Origin: Candidatus Bathyarchaeia archaeon
Lineage (GTDB): Archaea; Halobacteriota; Syntropharchaeia; Alkanophagales; Methanospirareceae
Direction of reading: 5' to 3'
DNA length: 21,218 nucleotides
Assembly: GCA_035529655.1 (NCBI GenBank)
Contig: DATKWH010000105.1
Span: 1 to 21,218, forward strand
Position 1 is the first letter of the stretch; each line of letters begins with the position of its first letter. A model generated the notes under the pieces. The model was not told where the DNA came from. It was given only the letters and a program-made list of their open reading frames with translations, and did not search any database. Below are positions 1-6,918 of this stretch, one piece after another. A program made the translations under genes and the position numbers.

Positions 1-58
1 AAATAAAAATAAAAATAGAAATAAAAATAAATAAAGGGGAAAAATGTCCCCCCTTTTT
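1..58 (-). terminator. Putative terminator downstream of metF: hairpin followed by a long T-rich run on the minus strand
   Basis: Inverted repeat AAAGGGG (33-39) / CCCCTTT (50-56). On the minus-strand transcript it is followed by TTTATTTATTTTTATTTCTATTTTTATTTTTATTT (complement of 1-35). It lies directly after the metF stop (67-69). Confidence 0.5.
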
Positions 59-66
59 ACTTTACC

Positions 67-987
67 TTATTCTATCACTTTCTTAAGTGGTCCTATTATC
101 CTGGGATACCCCACAGCCATCATGTGGCATCCAGCAGCCGGCGTTCCTTTTAGATACTCTAAGAAATCGGTGAAGAACTCCACGTTGATTCTGTCTACTT
201 CCTCCTTTCTCTTCTCCTTGTCCGTTATCTCCTTCGACTTCTTCAGGTTCGCGAGGTAATCCGGTGGGACATCCACACCTGCTACGTACTCATCGAAGAA
301 TTTAGCCGCTCCGTAACTCTTAGCCGGGAATATTCCAACCAAAATCGGGACGTCCACTTTCCCCAATTCGTTAAAGAACTTGTCCAGAATATCCTGGTAA
401 TAAACGACCTGTGTTTGCAGGAATTCCACGCCAACATTGATCTTTCTCTTCACCTTGGCGACTTCGGATTTTAAATGCGCCGCTCCGGGTGCTGCCGCAC
501 CGCCCACATGCAATTTCGGTGGATCCTCTATCTCATTACCCCCAAGGTCTTTCCCTTCATCCACTATTTTCCGTATCATGTGTATCAGCGTGGTAGAGTC
601 CAGATCGAATACCGGCTTTGCGTCTGGCGTATCGCCCAGTGATACGTGGTCACCTGCCAATGCCAGGATATTCTTGAGTCCTAGAGTACCCGCACCAAGC
701 ACGTCGGATAAAAGTGCCATTCGATTCCTGTCCGAGCACCTGAGCTGGTATACGCACTCCATACCTGTCTCTAATTCGATTTTATACGATGCTGCCATGC
801 TATTAACATAAGCGAAACTCTGTGGATTGTCAGTTACGTTACATGCGGTTACTAAACCTATCAAATCTTTTGCTGCTGCAATTGGCTCGTTGACATTCCC
901 TGCTTTTTCCGGCTCTAACTCACCGGTGAAGACGTATTTCCCCTCGCTCAATTCTTTCATCATCTGGCTATAAATTCCATCGGCCAT
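67..987 (-). CDS. metF: Methylenetetrahydrofolate reductase, MetF type (acetogen/ANME-like)
   Basis: 306-aa ORF that reads as a MetF-type TIM-barrel reductase (NVTDNP, ALAGDH, VEFLQTQVVY segments). It lies 21 nt downstream of metV on the same strand, with a GGAGGAG motif in the spacer. TAA stop. Confidence 0.88.
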   Translation of the reverse strand: MADGIYSQMMKELSEGKYVFTGELEPEKAGNVNEPIAAAKDLIGLVTACNVTDNPQSFAYVNSMAASYKIELETGMECVYQLRCSDRNRMALLSDVLGAGTLGLKNILALAGDHVSLGDTPDAKPVFDLDSTTLIHMIRKIVDEGKDLGGNEIEDPPKLHVGGAAAPGAAHLKSEVAKVKRKINVGVEFLQTQVVYYQDILDKFFNELGKVDVPILVGIFPAKSYGAAKFFDEYVAGVDVPPDYLANLKKSKEITDKEKRKEEVDRINVEFFTDFLEYLKGTPAAGCHMMAVGYPRIIGPLKKVIE

Positions 988-1008
988 TTTTTTATCTCAC
1001 TCTCCTCC

Positions 1009-1791
1009 TCACGCTTTTTCCTCTTCTTCCTTCTCTGGTTTCTTAGCGAACATCAGAGACGTGTATCCCTTGATAGTGTTAAAGTTCATCATAGCGCCCA
1101 TCATGTCCATCATACTCATAGGCTCTTCTAACTCGAACAGACGCGGTCTCTTGCATTTACTCCATTCGTGCGGAGCTCGCATTTCTATGAAATCGTCGAG
1201 TTCGCCGAGTTTCTCCATTCGCTTATAGATCTTAACCCAGGCGCAGTCCTTATCAGGGTCTATTTCACATTTATCATCAACCCGGACACCACCGCAAGGA
1301 CCGTTCATCAATCCTTTGCCGCATGAAGTTAAAGGACAGATACCAGCAGTTTTGCCCAATTCACACATGCCGCATGATTGACAGGTCTCCTTGAACTTGA
1401 AAGGCCCGCCACCTACGAGTCCTATTGCGTCATTTGCCGGATAGACGTCCTTCGCAATACCCATCTCCTCATCTGTGTACTCGGTCACTACTTGCACGCC
1501 ATCGCCGCAACTCATCACTAACAAAGCATCGCAGTTCTCAACCTTATCGCGTTCTTTCTGCAAAAATATCGAACACTTCTCAGTATCACAGGCCTGCATA
1601 CCCAGGGGCATGCTAATTTTGGTGACTGCCTTCCCTTCTTTCTCCAGTTTATCACCCATCTCATTTACCGCTTTCTTGTCACCAGCATGATAGAAGGTGG
1701 CACACCCTCCGCAGCCCAGTACTACTATGTTCTTCTTTCCCTCAAGGTAGCCCAGAATCTCTTCCATAGGTTTTTGCTCTTGCGCAATCAT
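1009..1791 (-). CDS. metV: MetV, Cys-rich small subunit of methylenetetrahydrofolate reductase (MTHFR C-terminal-like domain)
   Basis: Cys-rich segments (GCGGCATFYH, MSCGDG, CQSCGMCELGKTAGICPLTSCGKGLMNGPCGG) typical of MetV partners of MetF. I chose the ATG at 1791 because GAGGAGGAG sits 3 nt upstream; the ORF-track start at 1839 adds 16 aa and would contain that RBS. Confidence 0.82.
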   Translation of the reverse strand: MIAQEQKPMEEILGYLEGKKNIVVLGCGGCATFYHAGDKKAVNEMGDKLEKEGKAVTKISMPLGMQACDTEKCSIFLQKERDKVENCDALLVMSCGDGVQVVTEYTDEEMGIAKDVYPANDAIGLVGGGPFKFKETCQSCGMCELGKTAGICPLTSCGKGLMNGPCGGVRVDDKCEIDPDKDCAWVKIYKRMEKLGELDDFIEMRAPHEWSKCKRPRLFELEEPMSMMDMMGAMMNFNTIKGYTSLMFAKKPEKEEEEKA

Positions 1792-1993
1792 TTTCTCCTC
1801 CTCATATACCTCCTTAACAAAATTAATGATATATAGCATGTTGCATAGGGGGATATATAAGCTTTTCTATTTCGAGGGACTGTCAAGTTGTTGGGTGCTG
1901 GTATTAGTATCACCAACTTAAAACCGTATTTTTCGCAAACGAATAATAATTCTCAGACTGAATGTGTCATAACACCCAGCAACTTTACAACCA

Positions 1994-2192
1994 CACAAAA
2001 CCAGAAAGTTTTTATAGCCACAGTTCTCTATAAACAAACAGCCTTGTTTTAAAAAATACAAGGCTTTCTTTTTAAAGTGGAAGAAAGATAAAATTAGCCA
2101 TGAAGAGCTAAGCCTAATCTGGCTTGAAGGGCAGACTGCGCTAGTTTTACTATCTCTGCCCCAACACGTTAACATGGAAATCCGGAGGAGAT
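1994..2192 (+). pseudogene. Decayed duplicate of the hydrogenase promoter, 5' UTR and first ~37 codons of the small-subunit gene
   Basis: 2120-2157 aligns with 3184-3222 at 35 of 38 positions with one 1-nt indel (tggcttgaagggca / gactgcgct / gtt / tac / atctct blocks). The 5' UTR aaagtggaagaaagataaaattagccATG (2074-2102) matches aaagtggagaaagaagaagaaaaATG (3134-3159). The BRE/TATA-like caaaaccagaaagtttttata (1996-2016) matches caaaaccgaaaagcttaaata (3078-3098). The copy has a stop after 3 codons (ATG AAG AGC TAA) and a frameshift. Confidence 0.8.
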
Positions 2193-2208
2193 ATGGCGCC
2201 TCAGATAA

Positions 2209-2727
2209 ATGGGAACTATGCCCATGAAAGGAGAGCGATATAATCTAATAAAAGAGAAATGGGATATTGAAAATGGGCAGTTCTTTACTCAGGAACTCCC
2301 CACGATAATAATGGGCAGTGCGATCTTTGTGGGCATTCAGAAGCTTGCAGAGTCAATAGTGGGGGCGGATGGTGCGGCAGTGATCTTTTACGAAGCGGGC
2401 AAGAAGGTAGGTGTCCTTCGAACAAAGTCCTGGAAGGACGAATGGGAGTTAGAGGGGCAGGAATTCATCGAAAAGCTGGAAGAGTATCTTGCAGAGCTTG
2501 GCTGGGGCAAGTTCTGTGTTGATCTTGAATCCCTCGTCGTTACGATGGAGAATTCGTTCGCAGCAAAGAATTATGGTGACTCGGATGTCCCGGTCTGTCA
2601 TTTCCTGCGCGGGTATTACGCTGGAATGGGGGAAGTATTAACAAATCGAGCGCTGGATGCAGAAGAGACAAAATGCGCAGCGTGTGGAGCCGACCTTTGT
2701 GAGTTTGTGCTTAAACCGATTGAATAA
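2209..2727 (+). CDS. V4R-domain (4-vinyl-reductase-like, small-molecule-binding) protein
   Basis: 172-aa ORF. The C-terminal CHFLRGYYAGMGEVL...EETKCAACGADLCEF matches the V4R domain pattern. An in-frame TAA lies immediately upstream (2206-2208); alternative ATGs at 2218 and 2224. Confidence 0.78.
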   Translation: MGTMPMKGERYNLIKEKWDIENGQFFTQELPTIIMGSAIFVGIQKLAESIVGADGAAVIFYEAGKKVGVLRTKSWKDEWELEGQEFIEKLEEYLAELGWGKFCVDLESLVVTMENSFAAKNYGDSDVPVCHFLRGYYAGMGEVLTNRALDAEETKCAACGADLCEFVLKPIE

Positions 2728-3012
2728 TTAATCACACAGAACCCTATCCAAATCATCAAAAAACCGTATCAGTAACTTTGTTCTCTCATTGTCCATGTCT
2801 AATACGAACGTTCTCATTTGTTTGCCTATGTTGTTTTCTTTCACAATATTCGCTTTTAAAAGTGGCTCGATTACGCGTGCGACACTGGAGTGAGAAAGCC
2901 CGGTAACCTCTGCAATGCCGGACAGATACGTTATGGTGTCACGATTTCGTATCAGATGCTCTAAAACAATAAGCTGCGCGTTTCTTCCAAATATCTTCTC
3001 AACTTCGTTCAT
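2728..3012 (-). CDS. Small winged helix-turn-helix transcriptional regulator (MarR/ArsR/TrmB-like)
   Basis: 94-aa ORF with an HTH-like segment TYLSGIAEVTGLSHSSVARVIEPLLKANIVKE followed by a wing-like KQMRTFVL. Divergent from the hydrogenase operon (145-bp spacer). Its stop codon directly abuts the V4R stop (TAATTA at 2725-2730). Confidence 0.7.
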   Translation of the reverse strand: MNEVEKIFGRNAQLIVLEHLIRNRDTITYLSGIAEVTGLSHSSVARVIEPLLKANIVKENNIGKQMRTFVLDMDNERTKLLIRFFDDLDRVLCD

Positions 3013-3084
3013 CTATAGACCAACCCAAATTTATAAAATGTGGTAGGTTTTAAATACTTTTTTGTTTCTGTTTTGTGCAAAACC

Positions 3085-3099
3085 GAAAAGCTTAAATAA
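3085..3099 (+). promoter_or_regulatory. Candidate BRE/TATA promoter of the hydrogenase operon
   Basis: Purine-rich gaaaag followed by cttaaataa (3091-3099), about 58 nt upstream of the ATG at 3157. This would give a ~30-nt leader containing GGAG (3139-3142). No experimental support. Confidence 0.45.
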
Positions 3100-3156
3100 C
3101 ACATCCGCCCATTAATAACCAAAGTCGTCGAAAAAAGTGGAGAAAGAAGAAGAAAA

Positions 3157-4185
3157 ATGAGTCTCGAAGAAATAAATTTGATATGGCTTGAAGGGCAAGA
3201 CTGCGCTGGTTGTACAATCTCTATTAAGCAGGCAAGCAACCCCACGCTTATTGATGTGATAACCGGAGCTATTCCAGGGCTTGGAGGGTTAAAAATCGCG
3301 TACCATCCAACCTTGATGTTCGAATGGGGAGAAGATGCAGCGAAGGTACTCATTGATGCCATGGAAGGGAAGTATGATCCGTTTGTATTGATTCTCGAGG
3401 GAGCAGTCCCTGATGAGGCAAAGGCAGGAGAAGGCGTTTTCTGTGGCATTGCCGACTATGAGGAGAAACTTCTCACGCTCAGCGAAGTTATTGACAGTTT
3501 ATCGAAGAGGTGCGCCGCCGCAGTCGCCATTGGGACATGCGCTTCTTATGGTGGGATCCCCCACGGGAATCCGAATCCAACGGGGGCGAAGGGGCTTCTG
3601 GACTACTTAGGAAAAGATTGGACTGGTGGCTTAGGGCTTCCGGTCATCTGTATACCTGGTTGCCCGCCCAGACCTGATAATATAGTTCAGGTCTTAGGTC
3701 AAGCGGTGCTTGCTGCAAGAGGATTAGCACCACTTCCGGAGCTTGACGAGTGGCACCGACCTGTGGCCCTCTACGGCTACACAATGCACGAACTCTGTCC
3801 GATATGTGGATTCTATGCGGAGGGCACGGATGCCCATGGCTTTGGTGATACCGGCTGTCTCGGTGCAATAGGCTGCAAGGGAATCATAACGAACTGCAAC
3901 AATACGACATGGGCAGATGGATACGGTGGATGTACGGGAACAGGGGCTCCCTGTTTCGGCTGTACTCATCCCGACTTCCCAGACGCACCAACGTCACCGT
4001 TCTTCGCTAAAGCGCCTGCGATGCCATTCATCATTGAGAACATTAAGGGCATGCTCGCGCATGCGGAGATGGGATTCGAGCGATTCAAACCAGTCCTCGA
4101 GTCGCTTCTGCCACAGATACCAGAATTCATTGAAGAGCTAGATAAGCAGATGGAAGAAGAGAAAGACAAAGGGAGGAAGATATAA
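3157..4185 (+). CDS. [NiFe]-hydrogenase small subunit, no Tat signal peptide
   Basis: 342 aa. The N-terminus goes straight into the proximal-cluster motif LIWLEGQDCAGC. Other cluster motifs: GTCASYGG, PGCPP, HELCPIC, CLGAIGC and C...CTGTGAPCFGC for the medial/distal clusters. No RRxFxK plus hydrophobic region, and an in-frame TAA at 3097-3099 with no start codon between it and 3157. Confidence 0.93.
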   Translation: MSLEEINLIWLEGQDCAGCTISIKQASNPTLIDVITGAIPGLGGLKIAYHPTLMFEWGEDAAKVLIDAMEGKYDPFVLILEGAVPDEAKAGEGVFCGIADYEEKLLTLSEVIDSLSKRCAAAVAIGTCASYGGIPHGNPNPTGAKGLLDYLGKDWTGGLGLPVICIPGCPPRPDNIVQVLGQAVLAARGLAPLPELDEWHRPVALYGYTMHELCPICGFYAEGTDAHGFGDTGCLGAIGCKGIITNCNNTTWADGYGGCTGTGAPCFGCTHPDFPDAPTSPFFAKAPAMPFIIENIKGMLAHAEMGFERFKPVLESLLPQIPEFIEELDKQMEEEKDKGRKI

Positions 4186-4186
4186 A

Positions 4187-5992
4187 ATGGGATTCTTAGA
4201 TAAGCTAAGAGGAGGACCAAAAGAGGAGGCAAAGGCAGCCGCGCCCGGACCCGGCGGAGAGCGGGAAATAACAATAGAGCCAATAACGCGAATAGAAGGG
4301 CATCTTGGCGTTCACGCGAAGTTAGACATCGGTGCTAAAAAGGTCACCGACGCATATGCTTACAGCCCGATGTTCAGGGGTTTTGAGATTATTCTTGTGG
4401 GTAGAGAACCATCAGAAGCGGTTATGATTACACAGCGGGCTTGTGGTGTTTGCCCCGTGCCTCATGGTCTCGCATCGGTAAACGCCGTTGACCAGGCATA
4501 TGGAGTATCGCCACCGCCGATGGGCGTACTTCTTAGAGATCTCGTTCACGGTGCTGAGCAGTTATATGATGCTGAGGTTGGTGTTCTCAACCTTGAAGGT
4601 CCGGACTACAGCGAGGTTGCCGTGAAGAAGTTCAATCCTGACTGGTGGGGCGAAGCGCAGAATACAAAGGCATCGAGGTCAGATGTTCACGGTTTTGCTA
4701 CCATCGCAGATATAATGACTGCACTTAACCCGCTGGCTGGCGAGCTGTATCTCAGGTCACTTTTAGTCCAGAAAGCGGGACACAATATGGCTGCGATCTT
4801 CGGTGCAAAGCACCCGCACGTTCATTCCTTTGTTCCCGGCGGAATCGCAAAGATAAACCTCTCGGCATCGGACATTGAATCATATCTTACGCTGCTCATG
4901 CGGCACATTGCATTTACAAAGGAGCTGGTCACCGTTACGGACGATCTCCTGAATTTCGTGCTTGCACAGGGCTATGCGGATGTAGGAGCAAGAGATATCA
5001 ATCTCTGCTCTGTGGGCGGATACAACGATCCTGAAGCGTATTCAGCGAAATATGAAGAGATGACCGATTGGGGTCGTAAGCGGTTAGTGTCTCCAGGAGT
5101 TATTTTGAATGGCGAACTTGTCACAACGGACCTCGTGGAGTTCAATGCTGGCGTGCGAGAATTCATCGGTAGAGGCTGGTATTCAAGTGAGTGGGAACAA
5201 GAAGTCAAAACAGACCCGGCAGGAAATGAGATTGCGTACGAGCATCCGTGGAACAAGCGCACGATTCCAGAGCCCGGCGAGTACGGTAAATGGGGTTCCA
5301 AGTATACCTGGGTTACGTCGCCACGGTGGAATAACTGGAAGGGCGATGGCAAGAACCACGTCCTAGAACTCGGACCGCTTGCGCGGATGTGGGTGACAGC
5401 GAAGGCTGGCCTTGTGCCTGCGTCCACGGGATCAAGCCTCAAGTTCGAACTGCCGGCAGCCGTTATACCGGGATTCAAGTATGCAGATAAGATGGAGTTC
5501 GAATGGAAGATCCCTGCGAAGCCAAATACAGTGGAGAGGGTCAGAGCACGGGCATATTATCATGCATACACCGCATACTGCGTCTCTGGTCTGGTAATGA
5601 ATGCTTTAGAACTCATGACGGCGGGTAAGACATCAGTTTGGACGCCGTACGAGAAACCAAAGGAAGGTATCGGGTTTGGTGCAGTTGAAGCTATGCGTGG
5701 CTCGTGCCTGCACTGGTGCGTCATGAAGGATGGTGTCATTTACAACTACCAATACCATGCACCGACGACATGGAACGCATCGGGTAGGGATCCAGAAGAA
5801 CAGCCAGGACCCTACGAACAGGCACTTATCCAGTCGCCGATCACTGAAGCTGGAGATCCCGCAGCGTGGAAAGGCGTCGATATCGTCAGGACGATAAGAA
5901 GCTTCGACCCGTGCTTGGGATGTGCAGTTGCAGTGCATATAGGTGACCGAGTCGTAAAGCACGAGCTGCTACCGTTCGCTACGCCAGAGTAA
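4187..5992 (+). CDS. [NiFe]-hydrogenase large (catalytic) subunit with cleavable C-terminal extension
   Basis: 601 aa with RIEGH, L1 motif RACGVCPVPH, and C-terminal SFDPCLGCAVAVH followed by a 17-aa tail. It starts 1 nt after the small-subunit stop, with GGGAGGAAG upstream. Confidence 0.95.
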   Translation: MGFLDKLRGGPKEEAKAAAPGPGGEREITIEPITRIEGHLGVHAKLDIGAKKVTDAYAYSPMFRGFEIILVGREPSEAVMITQRACGVCPVPHGLASVNAVDQAYGVSPPPMGVLLRDLVHGAEQLYDAEVGVLNLEGPDYSEVAVKKFNPDWWGEAQNTKASRSDVHGFATIADIMTALNPLAGELYLRSLLVQKAGHNMAAIFGAKHPHVHSFVPGGIAKINLSASDIESYLTLLMRHIAFTKELVTVTDDLLNFVLAQGYADVGARDINLCSVGGYNDPEAYSAKYEEMTDWGRKRLVSPGVILNGELVTTDLVEFNAGVREFIGRGWYSSEWEQEVKTDPAGNEIAYEHPWNKRTIPEPGEYGKWGSKYTWVTSPRWNNWKGDGKNHVLELGPLARMWVTAKAGLVPASTGSSLKFELPAAVIPGFKYADKMEFEWKIPAKPNTVERVRARAYYHAYTAYCVSGLVMNALELMTAGKTSVWTPYEKPKEGIGFGAVEAMRGSCLHWCVMKDGVIYNYQYHAPTTWNASGRDPEEQPGPYEQALIQSPITEAGDPAAWKGVDIVRTIRSFDPCLGCAVAVHIGDRVVKHELLPFATPE

Positions 5993-6039
5993 GTAGCCCG
6001 TCAAAGATAAGCACAAATTGCTATAGATAGGGAGGAGGG

Positions 6040-6122
6040 TACCGCCACCAGTCGTTGAGATGGACGAGGTACTCTTCCGCTTTTATTTCTATACGATAGA
6101 TTATTCTGAGCTTTCCTCCTCA
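6040..6122 (-). pseudogene. Decayed internal fragment of a hydrogenase maturation protease gene
   Basis: 6072-6120 aligns ungapped with 6506-6554 inside the intact protease gene at 41 of 49 positions. The minus-strand translation **GGKLRIIYRIEIKAEE compares with NTGGKLGTIYHTEIKAEE. Weaker similarity continues to about 6040. Confidence 0.75.
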
Positions 6123-6265
6123 TCATACTTCGGGAACGCTTCCTGTTTTCCATGGACGGTTCTAAAAAATCCACGCGAAGGTTTTATAAACGCTTAGATC
6201 CTTCCCCTGTAGAGCGTAAATGAGGGTTTGTTTGCTCTTCTAAGGGAGCTTCGATCCGTACGTGT

Positions 6266-6751
6266 TCAGGTTGAGCGGTCCTGCTGTAATTCGTCCAGAA
6301 TGATTTCGACCGCGCTATGGATCGCAGTTGCGACTTCCGGGCTCATTTCTTCACCCAGTTGGGTGTCTTGGACTTCGCAACCAATAACGACAATTGTGGG
6401 TGGAAGCGTGCCGATTGTCTTAGCGAAGCTGAGGAGCTCCTCTAACCGAGCTTCGTGGATGCTGATGTTGAAAGGGTTCGCTCCTCCAGGCTTCATCTCT
6501 TCCACCTCTTCCGCTTTTATTTCCGTGTGATAGATCGTTCCAAGCTTTCCTCCTGTATTAACGGCGTCAGCAAAGATCACATGATCGTAGTCACTGAGGT
6601 CAGGTGCCAGTGTTATGCCACACAGTCCGACATCTCGTGCTTCCACGTTCTCAGGTAGATCTCTCGTCAGTAGTGCTTCGACTACTCGTGGGCCAAAGCC
6701 ATCGTCACCCATATATTTGTTCCCTATACCAGCCACAAGAATTTTTGTCAT
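6266..6751 (-). CDS. [NiFe]-hydrogenase maturation endopeptidase (HyaD/HybD/FrcD family)
   Basis: 161 aa with N-terminal ILVAGIGNKYMGDDGFGPRVV, characteristic of the family. Convergent with the structural genes. A TATA-like GTATAAAAAA lies about 25 nt upstream of the ATG on the minus strand. Confidence 0.9.
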   Translation of the reverse strand: MTKILVAGIGNKYMGDDGFGPRVVEALLTRDLPENVEARDVGLCGITLAPDLSDYDHVIFADAVNTGGKLGTIYHTEIKAEEVEEMKPGGANPFNISIHEARLEELLSFAKTIGTLPPTIVVIGCEVQDTQLGEEMSPEVATAIHSAVEIILDELQQDRST

Positions 6752-6918
6752 CTTTACAGAGGAGCTAAAAGTTTTTTATACTTCTTTCATTCAGCGACTT
6801 TTTCAGGAATAGTATGAAACGCGGAATTCGATAAAACATGCATTTATTTCAATATCCACAGCGGAAGGGCAAATATTGCTAAATGCGCGTGGAGATGCAG
6901 GATATCGAATAAGTTGCT

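Noticed and set aside
1-35. Quasi-periodic aaataaaaat repeats as a tandem repeat or array
   Set aside because: There is no spacer/repeat structure. On the minus strand it is simply the oligo-T run of the metF terminator.
437-811. Long antisense ORFs inside confirmed genes (for example 437-811, 4972-5478, 6876-7325, 9805-10326, 15360-15773, 12895-13257)
   Set aside because: All lie opposite well-supported CDSs and show Ser/Pro/Arg-rich shadow-frame composition with no start context.
1918-2175. 85-aa minus-strand ORF between metV and the V4R gene
   Set aside because: It runs antisense across the decayed hydrogenase promoter/5' copy, has odd low-complexity Cys/Leu/Phe-rich composition and no RBS. 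The region is better explained as the fossil duplicate.
3100-3156. In-frame GERRRK just upstream of the small-subunit ATG as a possible Tat (twin-arginine) motif
   Set aside because: There is no ATG/GTG/TTG start between the in-frame TAA (3097-3099) and 3157. No hydrophobic h-region or AxA site follows. The Arg codons are simply the purine-rich leader.
3009-3449. 146-aa minus-strand ORF overlapping the hydrogenase small-subunit start
   Set aside because: It is antisense to a confidently identified gene and to its promoter, with Ser/Pro-rich shadow-ORF composition.
6824-6834. 11-mer gaattcgataa shared with 17918-17928 (plus nearby atgcattt in both)
   Set aside because: Many chance 11-mer repeats are expected in 21 kb on two strands, and the flanks do not align.
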